Shown piece by piece: positions 1-13,500 of a stretch of DNA of 64,000 nt (position 1 is its first letter; each line of letters starts with the position of its first letter). Source of the DNA: Macrostomum lignano (lineage: Eukaryota); the NCBI GenBank assembly GCA_002269645.1, contig NIVC01000989.1:124001-188000 (forward strand). Direction: 5' to 3'. The position numbers were made by a program, and so were the translations under genes. Under the pieces are notes generated by a model that made no database searches, was not told where the DNA came from, and was given only the letters and a program-made list of their open reading frames with translations.

Positions 1-3000
1 TTTGGTGCTGCAACGATCGTGGCAGATTTCTTCGGTAGTGTCTAAAGACGATTGGCATCAGTGGTTGAGAAATCTAACGGAGACGCTGATTAGGGAGAGT
101 CCGTCTGTTAGCATTAGGGCTTGCAGGCTGCTAGCTCAGGCCAATCCCGCTATTGGTAAGGCTATTTATAGTATTTTTTATCATGAGCTATTATCTTTTG
201 GGAGGTTAAAATTTCTTATTTATTGCTTTCTGGGAAAGAGATTTCTAATGCCCGAGTCTCAAAGCCTCAAAATTTGATTTTCTAGGCTTACAGTATCTGA
301 GGAGGAACATTTCCAAAGCTTCTAAAGTCTGGAAGGGGTGAGATTTTCGAAGCTTGCTTCTCAGAGGGGTGAGATTTCTGAAGCTTCAGTATCTGAGGAG
401 TGAGATTTCCTAAGCTTTAGTCTCGGAGGGGTGCGATTTCTAAAGCTTGAGTCTCAGAGAAGTGAGATTTCCCAAAGCTTCAATATCTAAGGGGTGAGGT
501 TTCCTTAGCTTCCGTATCGGAGCGGTGAGATGTCCTTAGCTTCCGTATCTGAGGGGTGAGATTTCCAAAGCTTTAATCTCAGAGAAGTGAGATTTCCTTA
601 GCTTCCGTATCTGAGGAGTGAGATTTCCTTAGCTTCCGTATCTGAGAGGTGAGATTTCCTAAGCTTCCGTATCTGAGGAGTGAGATTTCCTTAGCTTCCG
701 TATCTGAGAGGTGAGATTTCCTAAGCTTCCGTATCTGAGGAGTGAGATTTCCTTAGCTTCCGTATCTGAGGAGTGAGATTTCCCAAGCTTCCGTATCTGA
801 GAGGTGAGATTTCCTAAGCTTCCGTATCTGAGAGGTGAGATTTCCTTAGCTTCCGTATCTGAGGAGTGAGATTTCCTTAGCTTCCGTATCTGAGGAGTGA
901 GATTTCCTAAAGCCTCATTATCCAAGGAGTGAGATTTCCTAAAGCTTCACTATCTGAGGAGTGAGATTACCTAAAGCTTCATTAGTTAAGGGGGTGAGAT
1001 TTTTTAAGCTTCAGTATCTGATTTAAGATTTCCTTAAGTTTCATTATATGAGGGGTGAGATTTCCTAAGCCTCATTATCTGGGGGGTGAGATTTCCAAGA
1101 ATAAACTATATGTTTAGTCCCGCAACGCAACGCACAGGCAAGCAACTATTCAACGCGGCATTCGTGAGCTGCTGGAGCGAACTACCCGACAGCCTTCAAG
1201 ACGAACTCATCCAAGTGCTCGAACAGGCTCTCAGCGCCTCTAAAGATGTACCAGAGATCTCCCAGACAATTTTAAACCTGTCCGAATTCATGGACCACCG
1301 GGACAGCTCGCCACTGCCGTTGAGCGTGAAACTTCTAGCCGATAAAGCTATCAAGACCAGGGTGTACGCCAAGGCGCTCTATTACAAGGAGACAGAATTT
1401 CGCGACTGCGTACAGTCGAAATTCGATCCGTCTAATTATAGCGACATCCTAGAGAGTCTAATTAGCATTAATAATAAACTGGGCATGGTGGAGTCCGCCG
1501 AAGGCGTGCTGCAGAATGCCGCCTCGTATTTTAAAGACGGCCTGCGGAATCAGGAGTTCTGGTTTGAGAAGCTGCAGGATTGGACTAAAGCTCTGATGCT
1601 CTACGAGAGAAACATTGATCAGCATCCCAATACTGCTAAACTGGTGAGCGGAAGTCGCTTTCTTGTGCTTAATAACTTACTTCTTCGTTGGATTAATTTG
1701 TTTGGAGCTGAGCATTTGATAGTGATGAAGCGGAGCATTGGATAGTGATGAAGCTGAGCATTGGATAGTGATGAAGCTGAGCATTGGATAGTGATGAAGC
1801 TGAGCATTGGATAGTGATGAAGCTGAGCATTGGATAGTGATGAAGCTGAGCATTGGATAGTGATGAAGCTGAGCATTGGATAGTGATGAAGCTGAGCATT
1901 TGATAGTGATGAAGCTGAGCATTTGATAGTGATGAAGCTGAGCATTGGATTGTGATGAAGCTGAGCATTGGATAGTGATGAAGCTGAGCATTAGATAGTG
2001 ATGAAGCTGAGCATTGGATAGTGATGAAGTGAAGCTGAGCATTGGATAGTGATGAAGCTGAGCATTGGATAGTGATGAAGCTGAGCATTGGATAGTGATG
2101 AAGCTGAGCATTGGATAGTGATGAAGCTGAGCATTGGATAGTGATGAAGCTGAGCATTGGATAGTGATGATGCTGAGCATTGGATAGTGATGAAGCTGAG
2201 CATTGGATAGTGATGAAGCTGAGCATTGGATAGTGATGAAGCTGAGCATTGGAGAGTGATGAAGCTGAGCATTGGATAGTGATGAAGCTGAGCATTTGAT
2301 AGTGATGAAGCTGAGCATTGGATAGTGATGAAGCTGAGCATTGGATAGTGATGAAGCTGAGCATTTGATAGTGATGAAGCTGAGCATTGGATAGTGATGA
2401 AGCTGAGCATTGGAGAGTGATGAAGCTGAGCATTGGAGAGTGATGAAGCTGAGCATTTGATAGTGATGAAGCTGAGCATTGGAGAGTGATGAAGCTGAGC
2501 ATTGGATAGTGATGAAGCTGAGCATTGGATAGTGATGAAGCTGAGCATTGGATAGTGATGATGCTGAGCATTTGATAGTGATGAAGCTGAGCATTTGATA
2601 GTGATGAAGCTGAGCATTGGATAGTGATGAAGCTGAGCATTGGATAGTGATGAAGCTGAGCATTTGATAGTGATGAAGCTGAGCATTGGATAGTGATGAA
2701 GCTGAGCATTGGATAGTGATGAAGCTGAGCATTGGATAGTGATGAAGCTGAGCATTGGATAGTGATGAAGCTGAGCATTGGATAGTGATGAAGCTGAGCA
2801 TTGGATAGTGATGAAGCTGAGCATTGATAGTGATGAAGCTGAGCATTTGATAGTGATGAAGCTGAGCATTGGATAGTGATGAAGCTGAGCATTGGATAGT
2901 GATGAAGCTGAGCATTTGATAGTGATGAAGCTGAGCATTGGATAGTGATGAAGCTGAGCATTGGAGAGTGATGAAGCTGAGCATTGGAGAGTGATGAAGC

Positions 3001-6000
3001 TGAGCATTTGATAGTGATGAAGCTGAGCATTGGATTGTGATGAAGCTGAGCATTAGATAGTGATGAAGCTGAGCATTACAGTAAATTATTGATTCGTTCC
3101 CCCACCCAACCCTCAAATTAAGGTGGTCGGCCGTCTCCGCTGCCTGGAGGCGCTGGGCGAATGGACAGAATTGGAGGCCACAGCCACGGAGAAGTGGAGC
3201 TTCCTATGCGAGAACACGGACCAAGAGCGGGACAAAGTGGCCGCTATGGCTATCAATGCCTGCTGGTCCAATCGATCCTGGGACAAGCTGTGCAGTTTCC
3301 TAAAATTTTTACCCAAAGATTCTTACGACGCCAATTTTTTCAACGCCGTCTACGCCATTCATCTGGGCGTGTTTGATGAGGCGCGCTGTTTCCTAGATCG
3401 CAGTCGCGACATTCTAGACGCTGATATTGCCAATGCCGCCAGCGATAGCTACATGCGATCTTATAGTATCTGCGTGTCTGCCCAGACTCTTACTGAACTT
3501 GAAGAGGTCATGGAGTACAGATTAGAGACTGATAGGCGACCGCTGATCAGGGAGTGTTGGTCTAAGCGATTGGAGAGCTGCGATAAACAGGTTGAAGATT
3601 GGTGGCGATTGCTGCAGGTAAGTCTGAGGCGGAGTCGAGTCCTAGTAGTCTTTGTAGCTGAGTTATCATCGCCTAAGTCTCAGTAGTAAGTAGTTATCAC
3701 TACCAGCAAATCTCGATAGTCTGTAGCTAAGCTATCACTACCATTAAATCCTGTGGTCTTTGTAGCTGAGCTATCAGTACCAGTAAGTTCTAGTGGTCTT
3801 TGTAGCTGAGCTATCACTACCATTAAATCCTAGTGGTCTTTGTAGCTGAGCTATCACTACCATTAAATCCTAGTGGTCTTTGTAGCTGAGCTATCACTAC
3901 CATTAAGTTCTAGTGGTCTTTGTAGCTGAGCTATCACTACCATTAAGTTCTAGTGGTCTTTGTAGCTAAGCTATCACTACCATTAAGTCCCAGTGGTCTT
4001 TGTAGCTAAGCTATCACTACCATTAAGTCCCAGTAGTCTTTGTAGCTGAGCTTGTCACTTAACAAGCACGGCAATCATGACCTGGTCTATGTATCTTAAA
4101 GTAAAAAAACACTACACCCTGGGGTCTTTGTAACTTATACGTCAAAGTTTCTAAGTATATAACCAGTATATATCTGTGTAAATCGCATATTATATTATCT
4201 TTATATTAATCATCGCAGTGTTCTCATAATGCTTATCCCTAGGTTCGCTCTCTGGTACTCAATCCCGTCGAGCAGATGCACGACTACCTCAAATTTGCCA
4301 GCCTCTGTCGGAAAAACAGTCGCACCAGCTTCTCTCTGCGCGTCATCGCCAGCTTGATGGGATTTAATCCCGCCGCGCCGGGGGCCAAGCCGTTGGCTCC
4401 GGCTATGGCCGAGGTAAACAGTCTCTGTACTGCTGTATGTCTTGATTACGGGTGGGATTAGTGAGGTGGATTGCTAGCATATAACCTATGCATGGATTAA
4501 GCAGTAGAATGGATTGCTAATCCATAGCTCTATACATGAATTAAAGAATAGAATGGATTGCTAATCTATAGCTCTATACATGAATTAAAGAATAGAATAG
4601 ATTGCTAATCTATAGCTCTATACATGAATTAAAGAATAGAATGGATTGCTAATCTATAGCTCTATACATGGATTAAAGAATAGAATGGATTGCTAATCTA
4701 TAGCTCTATATATGAATTAAAGAATAGAATGGATTGTTAATCTATAGCTCTATACATGAATTAAATAATAGAATGGATTGGTAATCTATAGCTCTATACA
4801 TGAATTAAAGAATAGAATGGATTGCTAATCTATAGCTCTATACATGAATTAAAGAATAGAATGGATTGCTAATCTATAGCTCTATACATAAATTAAAGAA
4901 TAGAATGGATTGCTAATCTATAGCTCTATACATGAATTAAAGAATAGAATAGATTGCTAATCTATAGCTCTATACATGAATTAAAGAATAGAATGGATTG
5001 CTAATCTATAGCTCTATACATGAATTAAAGAATAGAATAGATTGCTAATCTATAGCTCTATACATGAATTAAAGAATAGAATGGATTGCTAATCTATAGC
5101 TCTATACATGAATTAAAGAATAGAATGGATTGCTAATCTATAGCTCTATACATGAATTAAAGAATAGAATAGATTGCTAATCTATAGCTCTATACATGAA
5201 TTAAAGAATAGAATGGATTGCTAATCTTTAGCCTACATGTATTAAAAGGAGTATAATGGATTATTGCTAATCTACAGTCTACATGGATTAACAAATAGAA
5301 TAGATTGCTAATCTATTTTCCCTACTTGGATTAAGGAATAGAATGGATTGCTAATCTACCCTCTATCCCGCAGGTAAGCCTAGCCTACGCCAAGCACCTG
5401 TGGTTCTCCGGCCAGAAAGCGGAAGCAACCAACCGGCTTACGCAGCTCATCCGGCAGCTGGTGGCCCATCAAGACTCCGCTGGCCAAAGCGGCGGCAGCA
5501 TGACGGCCAATTCGCCGCCAACCGTAGGCGAACGCCGCCTGTTAGCCAAATCCTTTCTTAAGCTGGCCAATTGGTATTTGGAGACTCGAGTGCCCGACGC
5601 TGCCCTTGGTGGCGGCGCGGCAGGCAGCGGCGGCGGTCAGCAACAGTCGGCGGTTAACAGCGACGATGATCAGATCTTCTCCTGCCTGCCGCCGGAGCAA
5701 TGGCGCGGCGGCCTGGTGCAGCCTAGCAGCCCTATTGTGGCCGACAGCCCCTACCTGTACTGCATGCACCGCTGTCTCGGTCTGGTCTCCGCCGCTACTG
5801 ATCGGGACGCTGAATTGCGCAAGGCGTGGGCTCGATTCGGCCTGATGAGCTACGAGAGTTTGTTGCACCTGAAAACTGAGGTTCGCTTGCCTTGTAATGT
5901 GTTTTGTTGTTCAACTAGCCGATATGTATCGAATAGCCAATTGCCGATATGTATCATAAATAGCTGATATGTATCGAATAGCCGATATGTATCGAACAGC

Positions 6001-7431
6001 CGATATGTATCGAATAGCCGATATGTATAGAATAGCCGATATGTATCGAATAGCCGATATGTATCGAATGGCCGATATGTATCGAATGGCCGATATGTAT
6101 CGAATAGCCGATATGTATCGATTAGCCGATATGTATCGAACAGCCGATATGTATCGAATAGCCGATATGTATCGAATAGCCGATATGTATCGATTAGCCG
6201 ATATGTATCGAATAGCCGAAATGTATCAAATAGCCGAAATGTATCGAATAGCCGATATTTATTCAATAGCCGATATGTATTAAATAGCCCATGTGTATTG
6301 AATAGCCGATATGTATCGCGAATGCTTAATATGTGTCGTATAGCCGAGATGTATCGCACATGCCTGATATATATCGAATAGCCGATACGAGTCGTATGTA
6401 TCAAATAGCCGATATGTATCGAACAGCCGATATGTATCAAATTTCCCAAATGTGTCATAAATAGCCGATATAAATATCGCAAATAGCCGACATGTATCGA
6501 AGAACTAATATGTATCTTAGAAGCAGGTACCTAATACAAATAGCCGATATGTATCTTAGAAGCAGGTACCTAATACAAATAGCCGATATGTATCTTAGAA
6601 GCAGGTACCTAATACAAATAGCCGATATGTATCTTAGAAGCAGGTACCTAATACAAATAGCCGATATGTATCGAAAGTTCACTTCCAAATCAGGTTGTTA
6701 AAAATTCTGTTGGCTTTTCACAAACTCCGCACAGATCCGACCCGAACCGGAAGCTCGAACCGATTATCACCGCCTTGTTGCCGCCTACTCGCTCAACGCT
6801 GTACGCGGCTTCGTTAAATCGCTCTGTCTGTGCACCGGCAACAGTCTGCAGGACAGTCTCCGCCTCATCAATTTATTATTCGAGTTCGGCGCCGAAGACC
6901 AAATAGTTCAGGCTGTCAATGATGGACTGCACAGAATCCGATTGGAGAACTGGCTGCTGGTGATTCAGCAGATGCTGGCTAGGATTGACTCGCCTAGGGA
7001 CATGGTCAATGCTGAGATTGTCAACATCCTGGTGGAGGTCGGCAAGGCCCATCCGCAGGTGAGCTCTTAGTGTCTGTCTTAGTGCCTGTCTTAGTGTCTT
7101 TCTTAGTGCCTGTCTTAGTTCCTGTCTTAGTGTCTGTCTGTCTTAGTGTCTGTCTTAGAGTCTGTCTGTCTTAGTGTCTGTCTTGGAGTCTGTCTGTCTT
7201 AGTGCCTGTCTTGGAGTCTGTCTGTCTTAGTGTCTATCTTAGTGCCTGTCTAGTGTCTGTCTTAGTGTCTATCTTAGTGCCTGTCTTAATGTCTGTCTTA
7301 GTGTCTATCTTAGTGCCTGTCTAGTGTCTGTCTTAGTGTCTATCTTAGTGCCTGTCTAGTGTCTGTCTTAGTGTCTATCTTAGTGCCTGTCTTAATGTCT
7401 GTCTTAGTGTCTGTCTTAGTGTCTGTCTTAG

Positions 7432-7504
<73 letters not shown>

Positions 7505-10500
7505 TAGTGCCTGTCTTAGTGCCTGTCTTAGTGCCTGTCTTACTGCCTGTCTTAGTGCCTGTCTCAGTGTCTATCTTAGTGCCTGTCTTAGTGCCTGTCT
7601 TAGTGTCTGTCTTAGTGCCTGTCTTAGTGTCTGTCTTAATGCCAGTCTCAGTTATCTGTCTTATTTATGCTTTTTTGATGTCTGTCTGCTTGTATGTTTT
7701 TTTCTAGTCAGTTATCTTTAATAGTCATCTAATAATAGCTCGAACAAACTTTTACGGCATGCAAATAATCCATTATCCTTTTTATTCTTTGTTTACCTTA
7801 CACTTCTATAGTATTAATCGCTAGATTATTAGGCAAACAAAAAAACATTGTTATAGTGTAATTACGCCTTTCATACCCGCCTCCGCCGCCCACGCACAGG
7901 CCATGATCAATCCGTTGATTCTTGCCTTCAAATCTGGCGGCACTCAGCGTCGGCGCTGGAACTGCAACAAAATTCTGTACAACATGGAGAGCCACTCGGC
8001 CAGGCTCGTTAGCGAAGGCTTCATGCTCAACGAGGAATTGATTAGATTGGCCATCACCTGGGCCGAGATGTGGTACGAATCAATTGAAGAGGCTTCCAGA
8101 GCATTCTTTGGCGAGACTAAGGATATCAGGTTGGTGAATTCGGCTTGAGACTTTTCATTGACAGATTAGGACGGTGGCCCAGCAACTGAGGATCTGGGAG
8201 GCTGGCCCAGCAACTGAGGATCTGGGAGGCTGGCCCAGCAACTGAGGATCTGGGAGGCTGGTGGCACAGCAACTGAGGATCTGGGAGGCTGGTGGCCCAG
8301 CAACTGAGGATCTGGGAGGCTGGTGGCCCAGCAACTGAGGATCTGGGAGGCTAGTGGCCCAGCAACTGATAACCTGGGAGGCTGGTGGCCCAGCAACTGA
8401 GGATCTGGGAGGCTGGTGACCCAGCAACTGAGGATCTGGGAGGCTGGTGGCCCAGCAACTGAGGATCTGGGAGGCTGGTGACCCAGCAACTGAGGATCTG
8501 GGAGGCTGGTGGCCCAGCAACTGAGGATCTGGGAGGGGGACAAAATCGCTAGAAATCAGTTTTTCAAACCCCAGTGTACATTTCGGCTTGTACTGCTTAG
8601 CAACCAATTTTCGCCTGCATCCTTCTAGGCTGATGCTGCAGATTCTGCAGCCGCTGCACGAGTTGATGACGAAGCCGCCCGAGACCCTGCAAGAGACTGC
8701 CTTTCACCAGGAATACGCCAGGGAGCTGCAGGAGTGCCTGGAGCTGTGCGCCAAATATCAGCGCTGCCGGCACATGCAGGAACTGAACGTTGCTTGGGAT
8801 ATCTACTATAATATATTCCGGCGATTGGGCAAACAGGTGTGCTTTGCGTGCTTGTGAAATTTCAATTCTTCACTAATGAAGAGAAGAGGGTAGAGAGTGA
8901 TAAATTACAGAGTGAAATGTGAGAGGCAGAGGGAGTGCAAATGAAGAGGAGTATAGTGCTAGGAGAGAGTGAAAAGGCATAGAGAAGAGAGTGAAAAGGC
9001 AAGGAGGAGAGAGTGAAAAGGCAAGGAAAAGAGAGTGAAAAGGCAAGGAGGAGAGAGTGAAAAGGCAAGGAGGAGAGAGTGAAAAGGCAAGGAGGAGAGA
9101 GTGAAAAGGCAAGGAGGAGATAGTGAAAAGGCAAGGAGGAGAGAGTGAAAAGGCAAGGAGGAGAGAGTGAAAAGCCAAGGAGGAGAGAGTGAAAAGCCAA
9201 GGAGGAGAGAGTGAAAAGGGAGAGGTGAGGGATGGATAAGCGAAAGATAATATTGGCCAAGAGATGGTTAAGTGACTACAACAGTCGCAAACAAATACCA
9301 AGGATTAATATCCCCAATTCACTACTTGGGCCTTAGGTACCAGCCGTGCAGACCCTGGAGCTCAGCTACTCAGCTCCACGCCTGGCAAACTACGGCACAG
9401 ACTGGGAACTGGCCGTGCCGGGCACCTACCTGCCCCGAAAGCCGGTTATTCGCGTTGCCGGCATTAAGCCAACTCTGAAACTAATCAATTCTAAGCAGAA
9501 GCCGCGTATACTCACCGTGAACGGGTCGGACGGTCACGGGTACACGTTCTTATTGAAAGGTCACGAAGATATTCGACAGGACGAGAGAGTTATGCAACTG
9601 TTCGGTCTGACTAACTCATTGCTAATGAGCAATATTAGGACTGTGCGATGCAACCTGACGTGAGAAGTTTACTGATTATTTATGTTTCTTTTTTATTTTG
9701 CTAGTTGTGGTGGGATTCTGTTTATTAGTAAAGAAAAGTTCAAGCTTATGATGCGTTTAATGAATACGTGTTTTCTGCGTCTGTGGTTATGAAAGCTTGT
9801 GTTGTGTTTATGACAGTCTATGGTTACGATAGCTTGTGTTTATGACATTCTGTGTTTATGACAGTCTATGTTTACGATAGCTTGTGTTTATGACATTCTG
9901 TGTTTATGACAGTCTGTGTTTATGACAGTTTGTGTTTATGACAGTTTGTGTTTATGATAGCTTGTGTTTATGACATTCTGCTTTTATGACAGTCTGTGTT
10001 TATTACAGGCTGTGGTTATGATAGCTTGTGTTTACGATGGTTGTGTTTATGACATTCTGTGTTTATGACAGTCTATGGTTATGATAGCTTGTGTTTACGA
10101 TGGTTGTGTTTATGACATTCTGTGTTTATTACAGGCTGTGGTTATGATAGCTTGTGTTTACGATGGTTGTGTTTATGACATTCTGTGTTTATGACATTCT
10201 GTGTTTATGACAGTCTGTGTTTATGACAGTCTGTGTTTATGATGGTTGTTTATGTTTGTGTTTAAGATAGTCTAGCCTGTAGTGTTTAGCATCTAGTCTA
10301 CGTTTATAGTAACATGCTGTTTATTTGCAGCATGGGTAATTATGACATGTTTATGTTTATGATAGTTCATTTACTAACTGAGAGTTCAAATATAGTTAAC
10401 TGTCACGCCTTATGCCATTAAACGTCAGGATTCAACGGATGTCCATCATTCCGTTGTCAACCAACACCGGCCTGATTGGCTGGGTGCCAAATTCGGACAC

Positions 10501-13500
10501 TCTGCACACTCTCATTAGAGACTACAGAGAGAAGAAGAAAATTCGACTCAATCTGGAGCATTGGACTATGCTCAAGGTTTGTAGCTATGCAATGTGCTGT
10601 TGTATATTGCACTTTTGTAGTGCTATTTAAATTGGCATTAAACGCATGTAAGCATTAAATCTATGTTCAATGACGGTTGAATAGTACACAGAATATGATT
10701 GGCTAGTGTACACAAAATCTGATTGGCTATTGTACACAAAATCTGATTGGCTATTGTACTCAGAATCTGATTGGCTATTGTACAAAAAATCTGATTGGCT
10801 ATTGTACACATAATATGATTGACTAGTGTACACAGAATCTGATTGGCTATTGTACTCAGAATCTGATTGGCTAGTGTACACAAAATCTGATTGGCTATTG
10901 TACACAAAATCTGATTGGCTATTGTACTCAGAATCTGATTGGCTATTGTACACAAAATCTGATTGGCTATTGTACACATAATATGATTGACTAGTGTACA
11001 CAGAATCTGATTGGCTATTGTACACATAATATGATTGACTATTGTACTCAGAATCTGATTGGCTATTGTACTCAGAATCTGATTGGCTATTGTACACAAA
11101 ATCTGATTGGCTATTGTACTCAGAATCTGATTGGCTATTGCACGCAGAATCTGATTGGCTATTGTACTCAGAATCTGATTAGCTATTGTACTCAGAATCT
11201 GATTGGCTAGTGTACTCAGAATCTGATTGGCTATTGTACTCAGAATCTGATTGGCTAGTGTACACAGAATCTGATTAGCTAGTGTACACAGAATCTGATT
11301 GACTAGTGTACACAGAATCTGATTGACTAGTGTACACAGAGTCTGATTGGCTAGTGTACACAGAATCTTTGGCTATTGTACACAGAATCTGATTGGCTAT
11401 TGTACACAGAATCTGATTGGCTATTGTACACAGAATCTGATTAAATAGTTTACTTCTATTAGGTAAACTTACTAAGTTAGCTTTTTGTAGGAAAATGTGC
11501 AAAGTGTCTACTTATAGTAAAATAATAATTAAACAATCATTTTTCCAGATGGCTCCGGAATTTGATAAGCTGACAATTGCTCAAAAGACGGAAGTGTTCG
11601 AATACGGTTTAACCTCTTGCGAAGGCGACGATTTAGCTAAGATTATCTGGGATCGGAGCCCCACCGCAGAGGTAAATAAGGGCGGTTCATTTTATTTGCA
11701 AGATAGATCGCCTGTGCATCCAAAGCGAAGCGTCGTGTGCCTTTTAATTTTTGCCCAAAATTATTTAAATAAATATACGCTAAAAAGCTTTTTATGCTAC
11801 TGTAAGTAGAAATATCAACATTTTAATCTATATACACTGCAGCTATGGTTCGAACGGCGGACTAACTATATTCGCTCTCTGGCCACAATGTCCATGGTTG
11901 GATACATTCTGGGCCTGGGCGATCGGCACCCCTCGAATATTATGCTAAATCGAGACACTGGCAAAATTGTTCACATCGATTTTGGCGACTGCTTCGAAGT
12001 GGCCATGCATCGGGAGAAATTCCCCGAACAGGTGCCATTCCGTCTGACTCGAATGCTGATTAAAGCGCTGGAAGTGACCGGCATCGAGGGCTGCTTTCGT
12101 CAGACCTGCATCCTAGTTATGAACCTGCTGCGCGAGAATAAAGACTCAATCATGGCCGTGCTGGAAGCCTTCGTCTACGATCCTCTGCTGCAGTGGATTC
12201 TGCTGGATCATAAACGGGAATTCGGCGACGCTAAGAAGACTATGCAGAACTTTCGCCGCCCAGCCGATCCCATGGCCGCTGTTGCCGATGCCGCAGCTGC
12301 CGCCGTGGCTGCCGCTGATCCGCAGGTTGGTGGAGTAGCTGTTTTTCTAAATAGTCTTGATTACATTGTTAAGGTCTGTGTCACTAGAGGCGTCTGAATA
12401 GTCTTAAGCTTGTGTAACAAAAAGTCGAATGACCTTGTGCCAGGAGTTTTAAGAGTGTCTATGTGGGTTGTGTCAGGTGTGTCTAAGTTGTATCAAGAGT
12501 GTCGATGTGGTTTGTGTCAGGAGTGTCGATGTGGTTTGTGTCAGGAGTGTCGATGTGGTTTGTGTCAGGAATGTCGATGTGGTTTGTGTCAGGAATGTCG
12601 ATGTGGTTTGTGTCAGGAGTGTCGATGTGATTTGTGTCAGGAATGTCGATGTGGTTTGTGTCAGGAGTGTCGATGTGGTTTGTGTCAGGAATGTCGATGT
12701 GGTTTGTGTCAGGAGTGTCGATGTGGTTTGTGTCATGAGTGTCGATGTGGTTTGTGTCAGGAATGTCGATGTGGTTTGTGTCAGGAATGTCGATGTGGTT
12801 TGTGTCAGGAATGTCGATGTGGTTTGTGTCAGGAGTGTCAACATTGTCTCAGTAGTGTCAAAGTTGTGTCATGAGTGTCGATGTGGTTTGTGTCAGGAGT
12901 GTCGATGTGGTTTGTGTCATGAGTGTCGATGTGGTTTGTTTCAGGAATCTCGCTGTGGTGTCTCAGGAGTGTCACTGTGGTTTGTGTGAGTAGTCTCTCT
13001 GTGGTGTGGTCAGGAGTGTCAATGTGGCTTGTGTCAGGAGTGTCAGATTTATACTAGAAGTGTCAACATTGTGTCAGTAGCGTTGAAGCGGGTTGTGTCA
13101 GTAGTTCTAAGTTAGATTGTGTTAAGACTCAAATCTGTGTTAGTGTTTTAAAGAAGTGTTTAAATTCATCAAGCTTCCACAGACTCTGTTTTAACAATGC
13201 CAGCACAAATTTCAGGCTGCTGGAGCCGCAGGCGGAGGCGGCGCTGGTAACGCCGGAATTCAACAGGCGCCTGGCGTCGACGCCGCCGATATGGAAGGCT
13301 ACAATCCGTGGCGGCATCATCTAGTCAACGGGCCCTGGTTTGGCAACTACGAAGAGTCGAAACAGTTGCGCAAGCGCAGCCGTTCTGGCGTTGTCTACGT
13401 GGAGAAGAGCGGCATTTTCGGCCTGATCTTCAGCGCCCGACCGCCGCCGTTTCAATCGGCGACGACAGCGACTGGCGGCTACCCAGGCGGCCCCGGCAAC

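Noticed and set aside
1619-3116. Long minus-strand ORFs ([23 protein letters not shown] repeats, up to 479 aa)
   Set aside because: Translations of a stop-free 23 bp minisatellite in all three frames inside a TOR intron.
5915-6300. Palindromic core CGATA-TG-TATCG in the 18 bp repeat as a hairpin RNA precursor
   Set aside because: Five-bp stems with 2 nt loops are too weak; no extended foldback.
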